Origin: Octopus sinensis
Taxonomy: Eukaryota
NCBI RefSeq assembly: GCF_006345805.1
Contig: NC_043000.1
Location: 50,778,001-50,842,000, forward strand
Direction: 5' to 3'
Length of the DNA: 64,000 nucleotides
The position numbers and the translations under genes are program-made. Shown piece after piece: positions 37,828 to 49,290 of the stretch; position 1 is the stretch's first letter; each line of letters opens with the position of its first letter. Below the pieces are notes generated by a model, which saw nothing but the letters and a program-made list of their open reading frames with translations, was not told the origin of the DNA and searched no databases.

Positions 37828-38410
37828 AAGATGGGGGGTGTGACATTAAAAGCTAGTAGAATTAAACACAAGCTAAGAAGGGAAATGATAGTAATATATA
37901 ATCTTATAAAATAAAGCAAAGTTACATATAAAATTTATAATGTATAATATATAAGAAATATATGTAACCATGGAAACATGCATGTCAAATGATTTTTTGT
38001 GTGGTGTGATACATAATAAATAAACTATGTATAATATAAATGTTATAAATATTACATAATATAAATGTAATATATATATATAATACATTGTATATCAAAC
38101 TATACAATATAGCTTAATGTAGTACATTTCACCCTCTATTTTCAGCTTGATGTTCAAATCTGCATTTCTTAAAGCTATATTCATTATAACTGTATTATAC
38201 AAGCTGAGATTGGCTAGATTGTTGTTAACATGAGTTGTATAATGTTAGAATAATCCCAGAACCAATTAACGATATTTCAAATGCATTTATTATGAACATT
38301 TCAAGTGATATATGTTGGTATCACACACACACACACACATGTATGTATATATTACTGACAACATCATAAAACTGCTTAACAATGTGAAGATGCAAATTTA
38401 GAAAAGTTTA

Positions 38411-38630
38411 CCCATTAACATTTAAACCAGCCATATCCAGACAAAATAATCTACATGTATCATTTTCAAACTGGCCAGATCTGGCCTGTCATACTTACTT
38501 TACATTATTATTCTAAAAGTAAACAATCACATCATTGAAATTTCAAAGGTACAAGGTAATACACGACTAATTCATATCAATGTGAATAAATAAGCATTAC
38601 ATTCAGCAAAGAAATCTGAATGCTGAATGG
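38411..38630. mobile_element. TTAA-flanked (piggyBac-like) MITE, degenerate
   Basis: Left (ttta)cccattaacatt and right aatgctgaatgg-TTAA form imperfect TIRs. About 220 bp. Confidence 0.55.
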
Positions 38631-41533
38631 TTAAGTATTGTAATTATTCATATGTATGTCCCCCACCTCAAGCCTCAACTCATAAAAGAAAAGAAAGTGG
38701 TTCTTTATATGATGAGTTACATGAATCAGATGGAGATCCTGACCCAATGACTATGGCAACAGTAAAAAAAAAATAATGATTAGTGTTTTGTTGGTAGTGT
38801 ATTAGATATCTGAAAAGTATTAAATATCAGCAAAACATTGGATGAGGGATTCCATAAAAGTATTTGTTCTAGACAAACTTCAGTTTACTTACAAATGAAT
38901 AACAATTCAAATACTAATACGGCTTACAAACTTCCAAATACAGAAAATGCTAAAAATAATTGTGGAAAGGAAGGTGTTAAAATTAACATAGATTTTGGTG
39001 AAGAGTGTATGAGTGATTATGAGAATCCAGAAAATATTGCTCAAGATACAAGAACAGGTCCTGTAACTATCTGCACTGGTTAAGTTGCTCGGGAATGACA
39101 ATGCACATTTTCTCACAGCATAACTGCAGTAGTCAGTCTAATAGAATGTAAAGATTTACAGTGTTATGTCCTGAAATATAATTTCAGTATGAATTTGATG
39201 TGATTACTATTAATTCTCACTAATTTAGTATTGTAGTTCAACTGTATTGTTAGATCTTTGGATACTTCTACCTAGTTGGTTATAAGCATCAGTGTATTGG
39301 TATTCATATGGTTAAAAACACACCGTTCCTTTTAAAGACTATAGCATGGAATAGTTTAACAATGAATATATTGATAAATCCATCTAAATTTAGAAGTGTT
39401 CAAGAAAAAGTATCCTATTTGATCCAGTCTTCTGTTTAAAAGTGAAATTCATCAAGCAATTACAATACTAATGACTAAGAAGAAAGATGGATCAACAGCA
39501 TATTATCAACATTTTGAATTATTCTCAAATCATACTTGCCTTCATAAAATGACAAATCAAGGTTTTTCAGGCTTGAAAAAGAATTTCAAACATGTCATCC
39601 TCCATCTTTTAACTCAGGTTCTTAGTATCCTTGAAAGGTATAAGAAAAACACAAGTGCTTTCTTCTCATTTAAGTGTCATTCTGATAATTGCCAAATCAT
39701 TAGTAAGACCATGCAAAAATGGATTAGCAAATTTTATAAGAAGGTTTCTAAGTTTGAAATGAGGAACTCTTTTTTAATTTTAAAAATTATTTTGTGTTGC
39801 TGAGTACTTAATTGTTAATCATTTGCTAATTGTTATTCTTGTTAAGGCTTACTTAAAAAAAGTATAACTTGTTTATTATATAAAAAAAACAACAACTTAT
39901 GATGCACAGATAATTCCATTCACACATCGTTTGTTTCATGATGAATGTCCTATATGCTAATCACTGTTTATGTTGATTAATGCCAGTTGCGACCATCTGT
40001 TATTTTATTCATAGTGTATCTAGAATGACATTATCTAATGCAATCTTCTTGTTGTTAGCTAGTGGGGGTACTATTTGAAGAAAATTTAACTGCCCTTTCT
40101 AGCCGGGTGAGCAATGATAAGGAGGCTCCATCGCTGGTTTTTGTGTTCACCAGTAAATTATTCTACTAAAAGTTCTATTTTTCTTTTGTATGTCTATCTC
40201 CTGGCCTCTTATTTGTTATCATTACTAGCTAACTATTGACTGGTTATTTCTCTATAGTATTCCTCACAGTTGGTTGAACTCTCTATGATGCCACTAATAT
40301 AGTCTCTGAAAGCTTTTCAATCTCCTTAAGCAATGTAGATTAGTTGTATTGCTCCACCATATTTTTCTGAAACTGAGATAGTTATAAGATATAAAGGTAG
40401 TTTTTTCAGACACAAAATATATTAATCATATTTACATGCTAAATAATTTTCAAATCTTTCTGTTATAATTCAGTCTGTAAAATTACCAACTGATACGTGT
40501 TAGACATATTTAGTACAATTACTAATAAAAATTAATATGCCATTTATTGTGAGATTAATTTTTGTGAGCAGTTATATTGAAAGTGATGATCAAATGAGAT
40601 ATTTTAATAAAATCTATGAGCAAATAATTAATTTTATATAGAAAATATAATTGCATTTGTGGGATATTAGTCAATGCTATGAAAAATTTGGGGTGGAAGT
40701 CAAAAACAAGAAAATACATTCTCCTCTATAAAATGATATAAATGAATGAAACCATAAATGTATTAAAAATTGCAAAATCTGTTATTTTTCCTCCTAATTA
40801 TTGTATATTCGTAAGAGTAACAGTCAGATCTATTAGTCAATTATAACTGCATTAAAGTAGCTTACATTTTTCATAATGAAAAACACACTGTATTAGTTAA
40901 TCTCTGTATGTTTTGTGATTTTATTAGAAATTTTGGTCATGATTACTTACTTATTATATTATTTGTATATTATATATAAGGTGGTTAGCCAGCAGAATCA
41001 CTAGCATACGGGACAAAATGCAAAGTGTCATTTTGTCTGATTTTATGTTATGGGTTCAAATTCTGCCAAAGCTGGTTTTACCTTTTCCTCCTTTGTGGGG
41101 TTGACTAGCTTTCCCTTCCTAAGATTTCTGGCCCTTTACTTGAAATAATTATTTATACATTATATAACAGTTCATGAAAAATAGTATTATTGGTTACAAG
41201 ATCTCAAGACCCTATCAGTGGTCACTAAATTTCTGATGACAAGAGTGCCCAAAACGTTACAGAAGATCTTTTTGAAAGATCATTAGTTCTTTAGTTTTCT
41301 CACTGTTATCTACATTGCACTATGATACGTAAGGGCAAAAAATATATGCACACACACACAGTGTTGGTGTATTTACATCCCTGTAACTTAGTGGTTTGGC
41401 AAAAAATACCAATAGAATAAGTACTAGGCTTAAAAAGAAAATGAGTACTGACTTTGATTAGTTTAGCTAAAATTCCTCAAGGCAGTGTCCCAGCTTAGCT
41501 ACAGTCTGATGACTGAAACAAGTAAAAGATAAA

Positions 41534-41574
<41 letters not shown>

Positions 41575-42624
41575 TGTGCATATGTGTATATATATGTAAG
41601 TGTGTGTATATATACATATATATTATATATTATATATATCATATATATATACATACACACATACAGAGTATATATTAAGTGGACTATTTATAAATTTAGA
41701 CTATGTTAAATTATCAATACAAGAAATAATGCTTAATGGTAATATAATAACTGCACAAGCCTCACCTGATTATACAGATCCTCCAGTATAGGAATGATTT
41801 TGTTAAATGACTAATCCTTTTAACAAATTGAATAAATATATTATATATTAAAATAGAAGTGCTATTCGGAATAATAATAAATAGTCAGTAAGAATTTTAA
41901 AATAGTAAATATTAATGTGTTTAACATTTAAAATATGAAGTTGTGCATATATTTAGTGAAAATTATCAACAAAATATATTGCTTCGATAATCAATACACT
42001 TTTTTTTTAAGAATTAGGAGCCACAAGTATGACTAAAAGTGAACTTAAGAAAGGGAGGAAAAAAAAGAACAAATATATTTTTCATGTCAGCATTTTTTAA
42101 CGTTCATATCATTTTTGAAGTCAGACTTTGATGGCAAAATCAATTTTTGTTTTGATTTTCCATATTAATATCTTACTAATCATGCAATATGTATGAAATA
42201 TTGTAGAAGTATATATTTTTGCCAACTTTCTTGGCGCTTTCAGAAAAATTGTTAGAAGAAAATATTCACTGTAGGGAATTGAAAATAACAATTCTTAGTA
42301 TCTTTGATTCACCTTTTGATTTAATATGCTTCACTCATGACACTTAGGAGAAATATTTTTTACCAGCATATTTAATCATGACCTAGTGTAACAATACCAC
42401 TTAGCTCTTGGGTGACTTTAACAGATCATATTCTGTGGTAATTATCTGAACCAAGTCACCAGCCTGAGTATAACCCATAATGTGAGATTTCTTCCTAACA
42501 TTTTACAAATAGTTTCTGAGACCTTTCAAATAATTTAGGATAGTGCCCTTTCTTATCTGAATAAACCATAAAAATAGAAATATATAAAATCACTGGAAAT
42601 TCTAATTTCAGGGAGGGCTAAATA

Positions 42625-43055
42625 CAGGGTGGGCATTTTTCTAAACCACACATTACTAACTCTTACGTTGTTGCATATATGTATGTGGCATGATTTTGAG
42701 CTAAGTCAGAAAATGCAAGGATGTTAAAAAAACTTGAATGTATTGAATGTTATTCGATTAAGTAACTTACCTGTTCCTGAATTAATGTGTCAGTAGTTGG
42801 GAAAACGACAGAGCTGTCTGTGATGATGTTTTTCCAAGAAAGAACTCGTATTTCAAAAATTGTATAAATTTCTGATTTATCCATCTCTAAACAAAACTAG
42901 CAAAAAACGATTTATGAATACTTTATAAAGTGCAAAATGAGTTAGAATAAAGAAATAGATGTGTCAGCTTTCTAACAAAACAACAAAGTTTGTCAAAATA
43001 TAATAATGGTGCAAATTGAGCAGCTGTTAAAATTTACCATACACCTTACTACAAA
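42625..43055 (-). mobile_element. Internally deleted mariner derivative
   Basis: Left end TA-CAGGGTGGG. Minus translation from 42884 reads MDKSEIYTIF / YEFFLGKTSSQTA (frameshifted mariner N-terminus). The right TIR is poorly preserved. Confidence 0.55.
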
Positions 43056-43224
43056 TTTCATACTTTACGACCTAACATACAGGTATAAAATATATAACAT
43101 ATAAGGCATTTTCATATAATATACAATATTTATATATATGATGCATAGGTATAATATGTATAACATATAATGCATTTTCATATAATCTACAATATTATAT
43201 ATAATATACATATATATCATATAT

Positions 43225-43395
43225 GAAGCATCCAGTGCACTCTGTTAAGTACTTGGTGCAAGGAATGGCATCCAGCTTTAGAAACAATGCCAGAGTTGGC
43301 ATAGAACCTGGCAGAGCACTCTGGTTCTTCAGTTCTTGTCAAAACATCCAATCCATGCAAGCATGGAACAAGGGATCTTAAGTGATAATGATAGT
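43225..43395 (+). mobile_element. Degenerate RTE-type 3' tail repeat
   Basis: cttggtgcaaggaatggcatccagc...catccaatccatgcaagcatggaa...gataatgatagtg. Confidence 0.65.
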
Positions 43396-43456
43396 GGTAG
43401 ATATATATGTGTATGTGCATATTATATATTTATATATATGTATATACATATGTACA

Positions 43457-43502
<46 letters not shown>

Positions 43503-45159
43503 ACTATATACTGCTTTAGTCTCTACCATAAAGTTCTTTAGTCATTGTATTTTTGTTAGCAGACCTTTGTATGATATATTTCCATCAATACCTTGGTAGT
43601 TGCAGTACGTGTGTGGAGCAAAGGAAATAGAGAGACTATTGATACAAATTTGGGGGTTTGGGAAACAATTTTTCCATATTTATTTGTTAAATATGAACTA
43701 TTCTTTTGGCCAAACTCTGTCTGTGCATCAGCTAAAAATGTCAAAAATGTTTTTCAGTATTGTAAATATTTTGTTAGCAAAGAAATTAAGAAAAGAATTA
43801 GTGTTTCTTTCTGTTTTAGGCCTTTGGGCATAACCAGAGGAATTTTTGTAAAGGAAATGTCTATGGATTTGGGGCCAAAAATACTGAAAAGCAAAGTCAG
43901 ATTGTCACCTTGAAACATTCCTGCCAAAATATTTACTACATAATAGAAATTCATTCGATTTTTAATTACAATTGTGAGCAGTACAGACCATACCTTCATG
44001 TGCTTTTTCATATGTATGCATGTACATACATAATTAATTATGCATACACATTCTCATACAGACGTGCACACATGCTTACACATCTCTTCTATAACATTTA
44101 GGTATGGTCATGCCTGCATACATATAGCACATGGGCAGGTTTTGGCTACCTGATGTTATACAGTGGAAAGGTTCCGGCTACTGAATATACATCAGTAATT
44201 CCATAATATCCGTAGAGTTTATACAAGCAGATAAATGTATTATCTATTTCTGTATTTTATGAACAGTAAGAATCTATATAAGAAGTATTTATATGTGTAT
44301 ATATAAGTATATATATGCATGTATTTATTATTTTACCTTCTTTAATTTCTGTCTTTAGAAATAATAATTATGTATAAAAGAAGTGTCTATATGTGCATAT
44401 ATTAATAGCTATATGCATATATATTTCATCATACTATATTATACTATATCTTTCCTGCTTCTATAATAGTAAGATTATATGTAAGAAGTATATACAGTAT
44501 ATGTGCATGTATAGATACATGTATGTATATTTAAGGAGATACACATTACGTTGTGAGTAGGTTAGACTGTCAGCCCAACATATTGATATTGATATAAACA
44601 GTAAAAATTGTAAGAATATTTCTAAGAAGCAACTATGCATGTATATATAAAGTGATATATATGTGTGTGTATATATAAAGTGATATATATATGTGTGTGT
44701 ATATATATGTGTATATATATATAAAACTATATACACTACCGTCTAGATATGTGTACAGGTTACGGTGGGGGTAAAGATGCCCACTAACTTTTTTATGTCT
44801 AATTGTTTCAAAGAAGGATATAAAAACTAAATGCTAAGGGACCGATTCAAGTGTAGAATGGAGCCAGTTGTTTTTGTTATGACAAACACAAGGTAACTTA
44901 GGTCATTCAAAGAAACAAAGAAACAGTTGATTACTGAAATAGTCCATTTTCATCACTTTGTCACTTTGTTATTTCTAAATACTTAATTTTATTCTTCATT
45001 CTGTTTTGTACTTTCTTCCTTATAATCAGACCATGAAGATAGAATTATAATTTAAGTCAACTTCACCACCCCTACTCCTTTTATTTTATTAGCTAGTTCT
45101 TTATTTCTGTGTTTTGTATTTTGATTAGTCAAGCCAATTGACATCGTCGTCATGGCTAA

Positions 45160-45360
45160 TACCAGTGTCATGTAACTGATACCTGTGCTGGCAGCATGTA
45201 AAAAATCACCCATTACACACTTGGAGTGGTTGATGTTAGGAAGAGCATTCTGCTGTAGAAACCATGCCAAATGAAACTGGAACCTGATGCAGCTCTGCAG
45301 CTTACCAGGTTCAGTCAGACCCATGCCAGCATGGAAAGCAGTTGCTAAATGATGATGATT
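45160..45360 (+). mobile_element. RTE-type 3' tail repeat
   Basis: ggcagcatgtaaaaaatcaccc...ggagtggttgatgttaggaagagc...cccatgccagcatggaaagc...aatgatgatg. Confidence 0.75.
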
Positions 45361-45668
45361 ATAACTGTATTTTGACTGTCACTATATCTAGGGATTTAGT
45401 TTTGTCTGGAAATTATTGAAAATGACATATCACTTTACGAATGTATCTTCACAGTGTGCAAAATGATGGTGGTATCTAATGAAGAACTCATTTAAACAAT
45501 CACCCAAGGAAGTGTATCCATTTTACACCTTGAATGTATGATAATGATTATACAACATCTCAACAGCATACTATGAGTGTAAAAATGTGCCGAAACAATT
45601 GTAGTGATTTTATATGAAGGATGTCATACATTCCATTTTCTATCATATATCTAAGTGTATTTGGTGTA

Positions 45669-45727
<59 letters not shown>

Positions 45728-45855
45728 GTATTTACATATATATATATATATATGTAGATATATATATATGTGTATATATATATGTGTGTGTGTGTGTATG
45801 TGTGTGTGTATATATATGCATGTATATATATATATATATATATATGTGTATATCA

Positions 45856-46100
45856 TTGTTTAACGTCTGCTTTCCATGCTGGCATGGGATGGACGATTAT
45901 ACTGAGGACTGGTGAACCAGATGGATGCACCAAACTCCAATCTGATCTGGCAGAGTTTCTACAACTGGATGCCTTTCCTGGTGCCAACCACTCCAAGGGT
46001 GTAGTGGGTGTGCTTTTACGTGTTACTGGCATGAGGGCCAGTCAGGTGGTATTGGCAACAGCCACACGTGCCAACTGCAGAAAAGCCAGTACAGCAGCAC
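45856..46100 (-). mobile_element. RTE-type 3' tail repeat (antisense), tail-to-tail with 45160-45360
   Basis: tgtttaacgtctgctttccatgctggcatggg...ctggatgcctttcct..tgccaaccactcc. Confidence 0.8.
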
Positions 46101-46118
46101 TGGCAACGACCTCGCTCG

Positions 46119-46170
<52 letters not shown>

Positions 46171-46210
46171 TATATATGTGTGTGTGTGTGTATATATATG
46201 TATATATATT

Positions 46211-46339
46211 CATAATATTCAGACAAAGAGCTCCGCTTGAAACGTTAAACTTTCCTTCTTTCCTGAGCATCCAATAATACTATATTTGTTCCACATCCTC
46301 ACGTTGTTGTGTTTTTTGTGCTTTCTTGTTTGGATTAAC
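46211..46339 (+). mobile_element. Penelope-like tail fragment with degenerate hammerhead core (second family)
   Basis: C-AGACAA-A-GAGC-TCC-GCTT-GAAA-CG-TT-AAAC followed by a T-rich tail. The layout matches the 15.4-kb element but the sequence is unrelated. Confidence 0.45.
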
Positions 46340-46367
46340 ATTACATATATATATATATGTATATATA

Positions 46368-46418
<51 letters not shown>

Positions 46419-46420
46419 AC

Positions 46421-46470
<50 letters not shown>

Positions 46471-47094
46471 TTACATATATATATATATAATATATATATA
46501 TATGCATAGACGTGTGTGTGCATGTATATATTTATATATGTATATATACACATATATATATGTGTGTGTATATATATATTTATGTACTTCTCTGGTATAT
46601 GTAATTTGTATCACATTATACCTTAATAATGTGTAGTGTATAATGGAAGGCATACTTTTGAGTCTTCAAATTTATTTTATCTGCAGATATCATATGTAGA
46701 AGCACAAGAATGTCAAAAGATAAGAGAAACACAGGCAAAAAAAAATAATTCATTTACATTTTATTCCACTATTCCTCTGTTCTTTGCAAAATGTATAACT
46801 GGTTGAAATGTATTTATCTTATACATATACGCTTCTTGTATCTAGTCTTTCTCTCTCTCTCTCTCTCTCACACACTCTCTCTCTCTCTGTATATATGTGT
46901 ATACATATATGTATATGTATGTATCTATATTTAAGGTGTATTCTGTTAGGAACATAGTAGAGTGTAGCATAGAGCTCATTTACCCTAAGAATTACCTAAC
47001 AGCTAGTAGTATTATATACTTCCAAGCCTAGATTTGGGTATTCGTTGTGTGTGAAAATAAAATAGAATAAGATATACTTCAACAAGAGGGATTA

Positions 47095-47299
47095 CAGTTG
47101 GACAGTTATTTTTTAATCACTACAAATGTTTCTATACAACATAGTTCTTCATATATACAGGTATTTGATATTCACCTGAGGAAATACAACTGGATCCCAT
47201 TATACAGGTAACCGGCTGCATATTCAAATACCTGTATATATATGAAGAACTATATTTTATGAAAATATTTGTAGGGATTAAAAAATAACTATCACCCTG
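47095..47299. mobile_element. Foldback Tc1/mariner-type MITE with ~75-bp TIRs
   Basis: 47101-47170 is about 88% identical to the reverse complement of 47221-47293. The right terminus reverse complement is CAGGGTG and the left is TA-CAG. Confidence 0.8.
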
Positions 47300-47355
47300 C
47301 TGACTCAATCTTATTTATATATTTATATATATATGTATACACACACACCCACATA

Positions 47356-48163
47356 TCTATATATATAAAACTCAACTTGTGTGTCTGTCTGTTTAACTTC
47401 CCGGCACATCTCCTCCTAGCCAACAAATCGTAGAACCACCAAAAATGTATCACTTAAAGTTTAGGCAAATGAAAATTGAACTGCGCTATTTCTGTTCCGA
47501 AATTCATCTCGCTAGCACAAAAATCGATGTGTTTGTTTAGGCCTTATCCCATGCATTGAATAGTGAACTTTACTCAGTCAGCTGTTTGACGTGAACTGTG
47601 TTCACCACGCATGCAAGCATGCATAAATTGCATGAAAAATAAAAAATCAAGATATAAAAACGAATCGCCGTAAACATTGTAGAAATTCGGCAAAGAAATG
47701 AATTTTCGGGATGTAGCCTGGAGGGTTTTTTCGTATTAATCGTTTAGACTTTGTGAACACATACCAATTTTTTTCATAACATTCTTAATGCTTTGAATTA
47801 AATGTGACCATTTTGTGTCGAGTCTGCAGTTTGAATCACTTTAACCAAATTTTAGCAGGCCGGATTTTTGATCATCACAATACATTGCCAGTGACTCCCT
47901 AAAACTCTGCCCTGAAATCCCCGTTGAGAAATACTGATCTAAAAGAATAATTCAACAATGCAATTATTTGATCAACAGAAATTTATGAAATGCTTCTGTG
48001 TACTTCCTATTGAGTAAATGGAACACATAAGCGCAAAAATAGAGGGCATTAAATGCTTGATTTTAAAACCAAAATAATTGAATTTTGATTGAACTTCATC
48101 AAGTTTAGCTTAATTCGCACGTGCATGGAACGCACGAGCGCACGAGCCAGGCAATACTGCTAG
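47356..48163 (+). mobile_element. Non-autonomous Helitron
   Basis: 5' TC(TATATATATAAAA) at 47356 and 3' CTAG ending at 48163, inserted between A (47355) and T (48164) with no TSD. Subterminal hairpin CGTGC-ATGGAAC-GCACG at 48120-48136. CpG-rich relative to the flanks. Confidence 0.8.
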
Positions 48164-48221
48164 TAAATATATATATATTTATATATACATACACACACAC
48201 ATATAAATATATATCTCTGTA

Positions 48222-49290
48222 CCTGGCGTTTGTTGTCATGGAGCAAGCCTTTGACAGGGTTCACTGATCCCTTATCTTGTGGTCAATGCAGAAACTAGGG
48301 ATAGATGAGTGGTTAGTGAGAGCTGTGCAAGCCATGTACAGGGATGCTGTCAGCAAGGTGAGGGTTTGCAATGAGTACAGTGAAGAATTCCTGGTAAGGG
48401 TAGGGTCCACCAAAGATCAGTCCTTAGCCCCCCTCTTATTCATCATAGTCCTCCAGGCAATAACAGAGGAATTCAAGACATGATACCTCTGGGAGCTCCT
48501 CTATGCTGACGATCTTGCTATAATAGCTGAGTCACTATTAGAACTAGAGGAGAAGTTTCAGGTGTGGAAGCAAGGTCTAGAATCGAAGGGCCTTTGAATC
48601 AATCTAGCATAAACCAAAGTCTTAATAAGCTGGAAGGCAGACAAACCACAAATCCCTTCTGCTCGATCTGTAGAAAAGGCATAGGTAGAAACTCTATAAG
48701 ACGTACCCAGTGTAAGCTATGGACACATAAGAGGTGCAGTTATATCAAAGGAAGGCTAACTGGGAAGATCATTTTTGTGTGTGGCAAATGCTCAAGGGTA
48801 ATAAACACTGAAAATATGCAGAAAACAGCTTCTGTAACATTCCAGGGGGAAAAACCAGAAGTAGTTGGTAGCTTCTATTACTTAGGTGACTTGGGGGGTG
48901 GATGCTCTGAGAGTATAGCTGCAAGAATAAGAATAGCCTGGGCAAAGTTCAGAGAGCTCCCACCTTTGCTGGTAACAAAGGGCCTCTCGCTCAGAGTAAA
49001 AGGTAGACTGTATGACGCATGTGTGCAAACAGCCATGCTACATGGCAGTGAAACATGGGCCATAACTGTAGAGGACATGCGTAAGATTGCAAGGAATGAA
49101 GCTAGTATGCTCTGCTGGAAGTGTAATGTCAGTATGTGTGTTCGACAGAGTGTAATGGAATGTGTTGAAGAGTGAGGAAAACTTGAGACAAAACAGTGAA
49201 GACAGATTTGAAGTTGCTGCATCTCATGGAGGAGACAACCAAGGACAGATAATTAGCAACTCACTCTGTGGGAAATGGCCAGCCTGCTTG
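48222..49290 (+). mobile_element. 5'-truncated decayed RTE LINE: RT domains, PHD-like finger and C-terminus
   Basis: EQAFDRV...LGIDEWLVRAVQAMY...LAPLLFIIVL...ELLYADDL (YADD at 48502-48513), CSIC...QC....H..C...CGKC, F.YLGD, RIRIAWAKFRELPPLL, MLHGSETW, and KT*DKTVKTDL...DR. There are multiple stops and frameshifts. Confidence 0.92.

Noticed and set aside
378-46653. Dozens of YIYIYI / CVCVCV / HTHTHT ORFs in the ORF track, including the 155-aa and 205-aa ones
   Set aside because: They are translations of (TA)n, (TG)n and (CA)n microsatellites, which lack stop codons.
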